Source of the DNA: Citroniella saccharovorans
GTDB lineage: Bacteria; Bacillota; Clostridia; Tissierellales; Peptoniphilaceae
Direction of reading: 5' to 3'
DNA length: 32,000 nucleotides
Assembly: GCF_035481615.1 (NCBI RefSeq)
Contig: NZ_JAYKOT010000001.1
Span: forward strand, 90,070 to 122,069
Within the stretch, counting starts at the first letter, position 1, and each line of letters starts with the position of its first letter. This document shows, one piece after another, positions 16,998 through 26,254 of this stretch. The notes below the pieces were generated by a model. That model did not search any database. It was not told the DNA's origin and saw nothing but the letters and a program-made list of their open reading frames with translations. The translations under genes and the position numbers were made by a program.

Positions 16998-17252
16998 AAA
17001 TTTTTTTGTTTTTTTGGTTTTCTAGTAGAATTTTTATTTCTTCATCTGTTAGTACTTCCGCATTTTCTATAAGGCTTTCTAAGACTTATCCTCTTGTTAT
17101 TAGTCTATGTGTTCTTTCTTTTCTTCTTTTTACTATGTCTTATTTCAATATCTTCTTTTCTTGATTTTCACGTGCCTTAATCTTTCTTCAGTATCGTAAG
17201 TTTTATCTTTTATTTCTTTTGACACTTGACTTAGTGGATCTAATTTTTTCAT
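16998..17252 (-). pseudogene. decayed DUF3847-like gene (second copy)
   Basis: It starts MKKLDPLSQVSKEIKDKTYDTEERL... It then shifts frame to RRKERTHRLITRG*VLESLIENAEVLTDEEIKILLENQKNKKI*. There are several frameshifts and an internal stop. Confidence 0.5.
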
Positions 17253-17435
17253 ATAACACTCCTTTCTTACAATATAAAAAGAGATAACATTTCTGCTATC
17301 CCTTTCAAAATTTCATTATTAGAATTTTATGCCTTTTGAAATATCGCCTATATTTCTATAATGATTTTCTATTTCTTCTTGCTTCCTTCCTTTTAACCAT
17401 ATAAATCTATCCCTACGTTTTTTAATGTATTGTTG

Positions 17436-17714
17436 CTATTTAAATAAATCAGAATGTGAGCCAGTTCTTACGAGTGATAATACTAAAACCTCTTCTATTT
17501 TTTCATATATCAATAAAAAATCCGGCTCTATATGACATTCTCGAGTCCCTTTGTAAATCCCTTCTAATGAATGATCTCTATATTTTTCATCAGGAGCTTC
17601 ATCTTTTGCTATCTTCTCAATAATTTCAAACAGCTTTTCAATATCTTTTCCTTGTTTTTTAGCTTGCTTTAGATCTTTTTTAAATCTACTTGTAAACTTT
17701 ATCTTATACTTCAA
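17436..17714 (-). CDS. type II toxin, RelE/YafQ family mRNA interferase
   Basis: 92 aa: MKYKIKFTSRFKKDLKQAKKQGKDIEKL...YRDHSLEGIYKGTRECHIEPDFLLIY...TGSHSDLF. It overlaps the antitoxin stop by 11 nt. Confidence 0.9.
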   Translation of the reverse strand: MKYKIKFTSRFKKDLKQAKKQGKDIEKLFEIIEKIAKDEAPDEKYRDHSLEGIYKGTRECHIEPDFLLIYEKIEEVLVLSLVRTGSHSDLFK

Positions 17715-17976
17715 GGGCTTTCCTCAAGTCATCCATATTATCGTAAGAAATAACATTACTATCCTTAGCTATCATTCTTCCTTCTTCTATGGCTTTTATA
17801 GTTTCATCATTTGGAATATCAAGTTTTAAATCAAAAGGAATGCCCCTTTCTCTAATACTTGCCCTTAAAAACATATTAATTGCAGTAGTCATATTTAAGC
17901 CTAAACTGGAGTAGATTTTTTCTGCAGCTTCTTTTATTTCTTTATCAGTTCTTATATTCAAATTTGTTGTAGCCAT
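17704..17976 (-). CDS. type II antitoxin, RelB/DinJ family
   Basis: 90 aa: TTNLNIRTDKEIKEAAEKIYSSLGLNMTTAINMFLRASIRERGIPFDL, a ribbon-helix-helix DinJ-type N-terminus. Confidence 0.9.
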   Translation of the reverse strand: MATTNLNIRTDKEIKEAAEKIYSSLGLNMTTAINMFLRASIRERGIPFDLKLDIPNDETIKAIEEGRMIAKDSNVISYDNMDDLRKALEV

Positions 17977-18078
17977 TTCCTCATCTCCTTTGACTTAATT
18001 ATATGACAAAATTCGTTTACTGTAAATACATTGTCATTATGTTATCCCTGCTGATTTCATTATTTCTATTCTTCATTA

Positions 18079-18561
18079 TCATGCTCGAGTAAAACTTGGT
18101 TTGTATTCCCAATTTCTTAAAAATAATTTAGACCATGTATTAGTTAGTTTACCTGATAATCTAAAGTGAATACTATATAAAGCAAAAACTCTTGTTCCAT
18201 CATTTCTTGGCAAGGTAACTTCTTTTGTAATAATGCCTACGATTTTTATATCTTCTCCCTCAATTGTTATCGTTTCATATTCATCTAAATAATATGGTCT
18301 AATACCTAGTTTAGGTTTCTTTTAACATTAAATATCACTGCGATAAGATCATTATAATAATTTTCATTAAATGGATTACCTCTTAAATCTATTGCAAGTT
18401 TTTAAGTCTAGGTAAGTAGGTAAAGCCGTATTAAAATCTCCTTGTCTAATGATTGGGATAAATTTCCTATCATTGTGATTATTGTAGAGTTCCGAGAATA
18501 TTATATGACTTTCATATATGGCACCTTTTTCTCTATTATTAGCTTTCCTTTTATATTTCAA
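18079..18561 (-). pseudogene. decayed gene, N-terminally truncated and frameshifted; the first piece resembles the distal half of a TIR/SEFIR-type domain
   Basis: Three pieces in different frames: ...NNREKGAIYESHIIFSELYNNHNDRKFIPIIRQGDFNTALPTYLDL, then IDLRGNPFNENYYNDLIAVIFNVK, then GIRPYYLDEYETITIEGEDIKIVGIITKEVTLPRNDGTRVFALYSIHFRLSG... The TIR-like call rests only on a remembered motif (KFIPvlr.G...iP.yL). Confidence 0.3.
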
Positions 18562-18619
18562 TTACTTAAATTACTCTTAGGCTTTCGTAAATCTCTCGTG
18601 GGAATATTTTAAAAGTATT

Positions 18620-18800
18620 TTTTGAGTACCTTCATTATCCATAAATACTTTCAAACACTGCACCTTTTTTCTATAAGTCTTTTGTTTCTTGCTTTTCTTT
18701 CCTATTCATTAAGTTTTTCTATAGCTGCCTTTTTGATTTTATAATTCTCTATTCTTTCCTCTTTCTTTTTGATCTGTTCTTCAATACTTAACTTTATTCT
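18620..18800 (-). pseudogene. decayed DUF3847-like gene (third copy)
   Basis: ...EEQIKKKEERIENYKIKKAAIEKLNE*ERKARNKRLIEK then a frameshift to AVFESIYG. The DNA is clearly similar to 15540-15700. Confidence 0.45.
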
Positions 18801-18829
18801 TTTACACGCCACAATGCACACTTTCTTAA

Positions 18830-18864
18830 AATAAAAAACGATTAGATTTTTATTTCTAATCGTC
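18830..18864 (-). terminator. intrinsic terminator after the decayed methyltransferase/specificity locus
   Basis: ACGATTAGA (18838-18846) pairs with TCTAATCGT (18856-18864), with a T-run on the minus strand (plus-strand A-run 18832-18837). Confidence 0.6.
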
Positions 18865-18873
18865 TTTAATCTT

Positions 18874-20170
18874 TCATCCTAAATATTTGTTAAGCACATC
18901 ATTTATTCTTTTATTTAAGTCTAGTTGATTTTCTTATAGTTTATGAATTTTCTCCTCTAATTTATAAACTTTTTCCATTTCATGATTTTGTATTTCTATA
19001 TTAGGAACACTGATATTAATACTTTTAATTCTGTCTATTGACGCCCTATGTGATCTTGAAAAGCCAATAGCTTGTCCCTCTTTTTCTAATACATGGGTCA
19101 TATAGCATTCCTCCCATATTTTTTATTTGAATACCTTCATTTCCCTTACTTTCTGACCAGCTATAAGCTAAAAATTCACTCCGTTCTTTTACTGAACTTG
19201 GAGACTTAATAATTAAAGTTTTCTGATCTTTAACCAATGCAAAATAAAATATTTTATCCTTTTCTATTTCTTTAACAAATGAATAAAACATAGAATTTAT
19301 CTTTTGTATTTGTTCACCTTTATCTAACTTTTTAAAAGTAACACGTTCTAAAAGGTTTTTAGTTCTGTAGTTTTACTAAAATCATCATAATACATTTTAA
19401 AATATTCTATATTTTCAAATTTATGGTAATTTTTAATCTCTTCTATAAAAGCTGTAAAGGTTTCTAAATCTACTCCTATATGTTCAATATAATCACCTAA
19501 AATTTCATCATCTTTCCAAAGGCTTAATTTTTGATTGGAGAAAATAGCCTGTATGTTATCTTCAATAATCTTATAATGTTTCGGTGGTTCGTTATATTTT
19601 TCTAAAAAAAAATTATTGTATCTTTACCTGTTTTGCCTAAAGTTGAATTTCCCAGCTTAACAATAGAGATTATTCTAAAATTCTTTATAATTATGCTTCT
19701 AGTCGCTTTATAACTACTTTGAGTACTGCTTAAAAAAGTGTCTGGGAGAATTACAGTCGCTATACCATTAGGCTTTAATAGTTGTAAGATTCTTTCAACA
19801 ACTAAAACCTCTATTTTGCTACCTTGATTAGATATTAAATCTATCAACTCTAATTTATTTTCTAATAATTTTAAATGAGGTTTAAAAGTTTCTATTGAGT
19901 AGGGTGGATTAGCAACAAGAATATCAAAAAAATCATTTTTAATTCCCATTTCTTTATGGTTATCCAGTCCATCTCCAAAAATAATATTTCCCTCTCCAGC
20001 TCCATTCATAAAAAGAGATATCTTAGATACTCTTGCAAGCCTATAGTCTTTCTATATATCATAGATGTTTTCACTAACCCAATCATTGTTAGAATTTCCC
20101 TCTACTTTATTAATTAAATCTATTCCCTCTGTCAAAAAATGTCCGCTCCCGCAAGCATAGTCTATCAAAA
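18874..20170 (-). pseudogene. decayed N6-adenine DNA methyltransferase with specificity-subunit-like tail (type I hsdM/hsdS-like or type IIG), 5'-truncated at the BREX island junction
   Basis: Motif I is DCVLIDYACGSGHFL (rc of about 20130-20175). An in-frame TAG follows (NIYDI*KDYRLARVSKISLFMNG). Motif IV is VANPPYS in ORF 19602..20009. Further frameshifted pieces include ORF 19046..19291 and a tail ISVPNIEIQNHEMEKVYKLEEKIHKL*ENQLDLNKRINDVLNKYLG. No N-terminal region is present. Confidence 0.65.
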
Positions 20171-20435
20171 CGCAATCTTTGATACAATGGCTATCTGTGG
20201 CAAAGTGCCGAAAATGCCTTGAATCCGTGCTATTCCTGGGCGTTTTCCTGTATCTATGGCCACTCTAACAGCAGCCCATTGAACCCATTTGTGTTCGATA
20301 TGCTGTGGTTGTTGATACCAAAGCGACACCTTCTTTCTCAATAATTAAAAAATATGGCAAGAATCGGCTTGATAAGATACGAAACCTGTTCTTCTGAATT
20401 TAATGTATCGTAATACATCGCTGACGCTCACCTCC

Positions 20436-22556
20436 TTACTCTACACCCAGTGCCTTAAATACTGCGTCCTCAGCACTACTATAGAAAATTAAATTGAAAC
20501 TTCCAATCAGGTCTGCCGGTACGGTTCCGAGCTCCGCTGCTGATGTGATAGGCAGAAGCACTCTCTTTGCTCCACTATCCAAACATACCTGCAGAGAATT
20601 TGCCAGCTCGTCCACCTTCATTATAGTTCCACTGATGCTGATTTCACCAAGTACAGCAAGACTGCTGAGTGCTGGTTTTCCAAGTGCAATCGAGCAAATC
20701 GCAATCAGTGTGGGAAGGGACAGCTTTCCTGTCATGCCGATGCCCTGCAAATCCTGATAGTTGATAATATAATCTTTTGTTGTGATACTGATGGAAGCAC
20801 TGATACGGTTTCCATTTGCCTTCAGAAAGTTGAAAGCTGTATTAGTGGATTCCTTTGCATCACGATCACTTCCGATACCTGTTCTTTCGAACTTTCCGTT
20901 ACCCGGAAGCATCTGGCTCTCCAAGCGGAATAAGCCTAACATACCGCTCTTACCATGAGAGACGGTATATACCTGTCCAGGATTGCACATTCCTTCTGGG
21001 ATGAGCTTACCGCCACCTTGCTCAGGTACGGAAACATAATGTTCCTCAAAGGTTTCCTTATCTATGTAGGAAAAGTTAACATCGTAGAACTCCATACCGC
21101 CCAGCTTCTTAAGCTGCTCCTTAACACGCCTACGCATCTCCATAGAAATCTGGAGAACTTCTTCTACTTCTTCTTTTGTAAAACTGCCATCCGGATACAG
21201 AAGTTTTAAATATCCGTCTGCCATTCTGCGCACGGCGATAGTATCTCTCTGATTAAGATTCTTACCGAGACGGAAATAATTATCAATAGCATCACCGTAC
21301 TGCTCCTTACGAAGCTCACGAATGAACTCTGCAAGATAGTCACTGATAAATCCATAATCATTTGTAAAATGCTCTGGTCGAAACTTCGGAATCTCCCATC
21401 CTGGCAGATAGCAATGCATACGGTCAAGGAATGCCGTGTCTGTTCCCATTTCCGGAGGGAATGGGTCAAATAAGCTTGATGTCTTCAAAAGTACATCTAC
21501 GCTTTGATTGATATTACCAACGAATACCATAGAAGCAGATGCTGCCTTTTCTTCCTTTCCTCGTGCAAAGGAACCAGAAGCCATGTAATCTTTCATTATC
21601 TGCACGCCATCTTTATCCTTGAATTTGATACCTGCAACTTCGTCGAAGGCTACGCAGTCCCATAATCCAACCAGACCAACAGTCTTGTGAGCCATGTTAT
21701 AAAATAAGTTTGCTACTGTCGTCTGGCCTCCAGAAACAAGGATGCTATTCGAAGAAATCTCCTTATAAAGATGTGATTTACCTGTGCTTCGAGGTCCCAG
21801 CTCGCAGAGGTTGAAGTTGTTCTCTACAAGTGGAATCATACGAGTCAAAAGAAGCCACTTCTCACGATAAGAAAGTTCGTCTGGCTCCATACCAATGGAA
21901 CGCATCATAAGATCCAGCCATTCCTCTTTGGTAAAAGCCTTACGTCCCTGTTTCAAATCCTTGATATCGATATGAGGCATCTGAATCGGTGTCAGCTTAC
22001 GAATGCTAATCGGAAATATGTCCTTCTGTTTTTTCTTTTTGGACTGAAGTGTGTTTCCATCTACATCGATGATTCCAAAGTTATTATCACCTTCGGTTTC
22101 ATAATCCAGCTGAACAATACACCAGATACCACCGCAAAGAAGTCGGTCATACTTTTGTGGATACTCATCAGTAATAGGGATATTGGATAATCCCAGATTG
22201 GAGAATTCCGCAAAGAAACAGTCCTTCTTAATATCCAATCGCACTGTTACCATATCAATGATGGTATGGCTGCCTCTACTTCTAAGACGAGACAAGACTT
22301 TCTGCGCTTCATCTGGTCTTACAAAGTTATCAGCAAGGATATGCTTGACATTCTGCACACCCTGCTCGATAACCTCATCATCGTCTGAACTGCAATATTG
22401 ACCCAATAGAAACTCAAGAACATAAACCGGCACATTTGCACCCTCCTTGATTTTCTTAGTCAGGTCTTTGCGGACAATCTTTCCATCAAAGTTTTGACGC
22501 AATTTGTCCTTTATTATTTCACGAGAGCCTTCGCCCACTTCAAGATTGTCACTCAT
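20436..22556 (-). CDS. brxL: BREX system Lon protease-like protein BrxL
   Basis: 706 aa with a P-loop (LGPRSTGKSHLY) and a C-terminal Lon-protease-like domain (GIGMTGKLSLPTLIAICSIALGKPALSSLAVLGEISISGTIMKV). It is the last gene after pglZ, as in type 1 BREX. Confidence 0.9.
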   Translation of the reverse strand: MSDNLEVGEGSREIIKDKLRQNFDGKIVRKDLTKKIKEGANVPVYVLEFLLGQYCSSDDDEVIEQGVQNVKHILADNFVRPDEAQKVLSRLRSRGSHTIIDMVTVRLDIKKDCFFAEFSNLGLSNIPITDEYPQKYDRLLCGGIWCIVQLDYETEGDNNFGIIDVDGNTLQSKKKKQKDIFPISIRKLTPIQMPHIDIKDLKQGRKAFTKEEWLDLMMRSIGMEPDELSYREKWLLLTRMIPLVENNFNLCELGPRSTGKSHLYKEISSNSILVSGGQTTVANLFYNMAHKTVGLVGLWDCVAFDEVAGIKFKDKDGVQIMKDYMASGSFARGKEEKAASASMVFVGNINQSVDVLLKTSSLFDPFPPEMGTDTAFLDRMHCYLPGWEIPKFRPEHFTNDYGFISDYLAEFIRELRKEQYGDAIDNYFRLGKNLNQRDTIAVRRMADGYLKLLYPDGSFTKEEVEEVLQISMEMRRRVKEQLKKLGGMEFYDVNFSYIDKETFEEHYVSVPEQGGGKLIPEGMCNPGQVYTVSHGKSGMLGLFRLESQMLPGNGKFERTGIGSDRDAKESTNTAFNFLKANGNRISASISITTKDYIINYQDLQGIGMTGKLSLPTLIAICSIALGKPALSSLAVLGEISISGTIMKVDELANSLQVCLDSGAKRVLLPITSAAELGTVPADLIGSFNLIFYSSAEDAVFKALGVE

Positions 22557-22579
22557 TACTGCTCCTTCCGAACAAGCTC

Positions 22580-25225
22580 TTAGCTAAAAAAGTCAAACTC
22601 ATCGACTGCAAATGCGATGTCAATCTGAAACTCTTCTTTCTGCGGCATCTTGAGACCTGTTTCGTCTGCGATGACCAAATAATAGCTTGCTCTATTATCA
22701 TACTTTAGTGATTTCAGGTTGAAGCTGCAGCGGAATGTACGCTCCTGTCCATTATCACTGGTCTTATCTGCGATAATCTTTGCTGTATCACTTATCTGCT
22801 TTCCATTGGAATCAACAAAATACAGCAGATAGTTTGCTGCACTGCGGTTATCGCCAACCGCATCCTTTTGATAGAAGTTCAGCGAGAATATCATATTACT
22901 GATTTTACGGCTTGCGGAAAGAAGTCCTACTTCTACAGGCCTCGTGTCATACTTAGCCTTATTGCGCTGATAAGCCTTGGAATCATTGCGAAGGTAATGA
23001 TATTCAATAACTGGAACAACCATCTCCTGAAGACTGATGCCGCCGTGCACGAAATTGAGGCCTCCACCTTTCTTCTTAATGCGAACGCTCTCTCTCGGCG
23101 CAAAGGCATCGTATCCATCGTCCATGAATTTCACCGGAAGTAAATAATCTGGAGCTGCTCCTTTACGGGTAATCAGATAGCGGCGGTCAATCTCCACATC
23201 CTGCTCACTGGGCGAGGTCTTATCCACCTTGGATTCTTCGGAGAGCGGACTGTAGGTATAAAGAAATCCGTGATCAGCGGTAATGTAAACACGAGTACCA
23301 CCGAACTCATTGCGGATGATTCTTACAATATTTTTGATTTCTTCAATTGCATCATCACATGCCGGAAATACCATGCTGTCAGAAGTATGGCTGGCCTCGT
23401 CTACCTTATCATGGTAAATATAAACCACTTCCATACCCTTAACTAAGGCACTCCTTTCCGCACGTTTCATCGGTGCAATATCCTTATATTTGAGGGCTAC
23501 GCTTTTGATATTTGCAGCCTTGAGAACTTTATCTCGATTGCCTGCATCTGTAGACATTCCATCTGCAAGAATCTGCAAATCACCGCAACTGCGCTCACTT
23601 ACAGATAAGTTTTTATGTGGCAAGAGTGCTGCCATACCGAATTTTGTAACAGTAGGGAAGATACCTTCACAGGAGCTAAGTGCAACCTTACTCTGTGTCT
23701 CACGACGAAGCTGGTCTGCCAGAGATGCTGCCAACTCATAACGGAAGGCATCTGAGATTATGACAAACACACGATTGTCCTTACTCTTAACATTCTGATC
23801 ATAAAAGTCCACCTGCTGTGGCACTTCCATAATGCGACCATACTTTGCGAGTTCATCAGCGCAAGCATCGGACCAATTATTACCCAGCTCACCAAGGAAC
23901 CAGTGCGTATAAAGGCCCTCCACCTTATCAGTCACCTGCTTGAAAAGATCATCCAGATGGTCATTTCCGACCTTCAGGCTCTTTCCAAACGCCAAGTGAT
24001 ACTTACGATAATAAGTATCCATACAGTAGTAATCTTCGGTATACTCTTTCCAGACATTTCTTGCCTCCACAGTATGGAAACCCGCAGAGTGTTCCAAGAA
24101 GAACGCCTGCATCTTTGCAACCTGAAGAATACCCTCGTAGTAGCATTCCACATCGTCGTACCACGCCAGAGTCCGACGCTTCTCGACTGTATTTGTGATC
24201 ACATCTACATTGATAATATTATTACTGATTTCTGTCATTATCTGAGTCAGGATGCACTCGTTGACGCAAGGGAACACCTCAGTAGCTACCAAGTCATCCA
24301 ATGGTACCTGCTTGAAACGCTTTCTGAGAATGAGGTCTTCTTCCACATTTCGCAGAATTTCAACGAGGTCCTGTCTGTTATCTCCTGCAATCCACTCAGA
24401 CACAAAGTCGTAGCACCAAGCCTGATGCGGTGTGGAAATAAAGCTATCGAGGCCTGCCAGATACTCCATACGAAGGGTTCTGGTTGTTGCAGTAAGCAGA
24501 ATATGTGTCACCAACTTCTCGATGGTGGAATCGTCTCCTTCAAAATATCCGGTCGCCTGCTTTACAAGTGCCCAGAATGGCGCTACAGCTCCATAATTTA
24601 CAAGGCTCTGGAACACCTCATTGGACTTTATATCGCTTCCACCACTTATGACAGCTTTTACTATGCTATTAGGCTGAGCATTCTTGGTTCCACAGATAGC
24701 CGCCATAACAGTAAGATGCATCTGTGATGGCGTGCTGATGCCCTTATTGAGCTTTGCGAATGCCGCTCTTCTGGTCTGTGCTCCGAAGAATTTCTTATAA
24801 AGCTTAACAAGTCTGCGGAAATCCGGAGTCTCCGGAAGGTAGGTCTCATTCATCCAGATAGACACCAAGTCAGCTCTAAACTCTTCGCTGTAAAGCTCGA
24901 TATTCAAAAGCCAGTTATCCTCCTGTGACTTATATGATATCGGACTGTAAACCAGATAGTTGCTGGTGGTATCATCCACATTCAGTAGCTTCTTAGCTGC
25001 AAAGTTGTTGGTGCCTGTAAGCACCAGTAGCTTTACATTATCTATCTGAATATCATCTAGCTTGTCCTCAAACTCCCTATCCTCGTCATACCAGAAGATT
25101 ATACGACGCTTATAAAACTCCGGAAGTGGTGCAGCAAATCGCTTATTCAAATCTTGGATTATTGTGTCTAAATGACCCAGACCACCCTCTCGTTCTTTCG
25201 GGCTCACCTTGTCCATACTGGCCAT
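22580..25225 (-). CDS. pglZ: BREX-1 alkaline-phosphatase-superfamily protein PglZ
   Basis: 881 aa. The N-terminal region reads RRIIFWYDEDREFED. The PglZ domain carries NRVFVIISDAFRYELA and TRVYITADHGFLY. AAGGAGG RBS 7 nt upstream of the ATG. Confidence 0.9.
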   Translation of the reverse strand: MASMDKVSPKEREGGLGHLDTIIQDLNKRFAAPLPEFYKRRIIFWYDEDREFEDKLDDIQIDNVKLLVLTGTNNFAAKKLLNVDDTTSNYLVYSPISYKSQEDNWLLNIELYSEEFRADLVSIWMNETYLPETPDFRRLVKLYKKFFGAQTRRAAFAKLNKGISTPSQMHLTVMAAICGTKNAQPNSIVKAVISGGSDIKSNEVFQSLVNYGAVAPFWALVKQATGYFEGDDSTIEKLVTHILLTATTRTLRMEYLAGLDSFISTPHQAWCYDFVSEWIAGDNRQDLVEILRNVEEDLILRKRFKQVPLDDLVATEVFPCVNECILTQIMTEISNNIINVDVITNTVEKRRTLAWYDDVECYYEGILQVAKMQAFFLEHSAGFHTVEARNVWKEYTEDYYCMDTYYRKYHLAFGKSLKVGNDHLDDLFKQVTDKVEGLYTHWFLGELGNNWSDACADELAKYGRIMEVPQQVDFYDQNVKSKDNRVFVIISDAFRYELAASLADQLRRETQSKVALSSCEGIFPTVTKFGMAALLPHKNLSVSERSCGDLQILADGMSTDAGNRDKVLKAANIKSVALKYKDIAPMKRAERSALVKGMEVVYIYHDKVDEASHTSDSMVFPACDDAIEEIKNIVRIIRNEFGGTRVYITADHGFLYTYSPLSEESKVDKTSPSEQDVEIDRRYLITRKGAAPDYLLPVKFMDDGYDAFAPRESVRIKKKGGGLNFVHGGISLQEMVVPVIEYHYLRNDSKAYQRNKAKYDTRPVEVGLLSASRKISNMIFSLNFYQKDAVGDNRSAANYLLYFVDSNGKQISDTAKIIADKTSDNGQERTFRCSFNLKSLKYDNRASYYLVIADETGLKMPQKEEFQIDIAFAVDEFDFFS

Positions 25226-25241
25226 GCTGCCACCTCCTTAC

Positions 25242-26241
25242 TTAATAAAAGTTCAAGCCGCATTTTTCAGCAGCAACCTTCGACTTCAAGTCATTAATAA
25301 TCATAGCCTTTATCTCAAGCCATGTAACAGAAGTATTTGTTCGCAACTCTTGTTTTATTCTTTCAAGGCATTTAACAAGAATCCTACGTACAGTTGATTC
25401 CAATTCGAACAATTTAGATTTGGAAATATTCTGCCCATCTCCTTCATGTAGAGATTCTGACCTAAGATGGTAAAATACTTTCATTCTCGCATACATCTGG
25501 CCTATTGCTGTCGGTGTATTCTCTAGCATTACTGCGACTCTTTTGGAAAGTACTTCTTTTTTTCCCCCGCTGATGATGATCAAGTAGTGTCATTTCAAGA
25601 GCCGTAGTAAATTGTTCAAATCCAGTTGCTATGTCAACTTGCTCAAGACCCCAAACAAACTCATCAATACAGTTTTTAAAAATTGTATACTCTGAGCCAT
25701 GATAATCAGATAAAAACTGATTACATGACATTACCTCATCCGGCACCAGAGAAAACACCCTATCATCAGTAGTATTTCTTGTTACATTAATACTGGTGTT
25801 GTGCAAAATATTTTTCATAAATCCAATAGAAAATACATTGTCAAGGAAAATCTCTTTTGTACCGATGTTACCTTCTTTGAAAAGATGCAACAACGAAAAC
25901 ATCTTGTACAAATAATCTGTTTCCAACTTGTTGTGAGCTTTTACTTGATTACCGCACATCATATCTTTATCGGTGTACACGCCCGGTCCTTTAATTTGGT
26001 TCTCTATCTGATAAACATCCTTTTTGCTAATGCATATCAGGTACTTTCCATTTTCATCAGATTTAATAGAGTCTAAATAGTCAACTGTTAGATCCCCTCT
26101 ACAATCTGTAATTTCCTCCTTAAATGGCAAATTATCGATATAATTTTTTTCAAAAGAGTAGCCATTGCCTATTTCTATTCCAAGGATGGTCTCATCACAG
26201 TATAGGACAGGTGCATTAATAGAAACATTTACCTCAATCAA
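25242..26241 (-). CDS. HEPN-motif (R-x4-H) protein of unknown family embedded in the BREX operon; annotated as two overlapping ORFs (259 aa + 113 aa) that fuse to ~339 aa if one base is removed from a G5A7 run
   Basis: TTG start at 26241, 8 nt after an AAGGAGG that overlaps the pglX stop. The frame change falls at the minus-strand run GGGGGAAAAAAA (plus strand 25557-25568). The downstream frame contains FYHLRSESLHEGD. The stop at 25242 is followed directly by the pglZ RBS. GC is about 33% versus about 47% in the flanking genes. Confidence 0.6.
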
Positions 26242-26254
26242 TTACGGTACCTCC

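Noticed and set aside
20171-20340. The idea that frame-b peptide GIFGTLPQIAIVSK just upstream of methyltransferase motif I is the FxTP motif of the same methyltransferase, so that the gene would not be truncated
   Set aside because: The resemblance is weak (G-T-L-P, not T-P), it needs an extra frameshift, and GC jumps from about 32% to about 47% exactly here. A junction between unrelated DNA is more likely, though BLASTX should confirm.
20494-24849. Multiple plus- and minus-strand internal ORFs within brxL and pglZ (e.g. 20494..20757, 20955..21209, 21206..21469, 22868..23143, 23490..23741, 23903..24727 of 274 aa, 24661..24849)
   Set aside because: All lie inside or antisense to the long brxL and pglZ frames, which carry family motifs. 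They are shadow ORFs favoured by the higher GC content.
25462-25583. The 122-nt overlap of the 259-aa and 113-aa ORFs read as two genuinely separate overlapping genes
   Set aside because: The second ORF has no RBS, and its apparent TTG start is simply the first start-like codon after the frame change. The two frames join exactly at a G5A7 run, so one interrupted gene is more parsimonious. Programmed frameshifting cannot be excluded.
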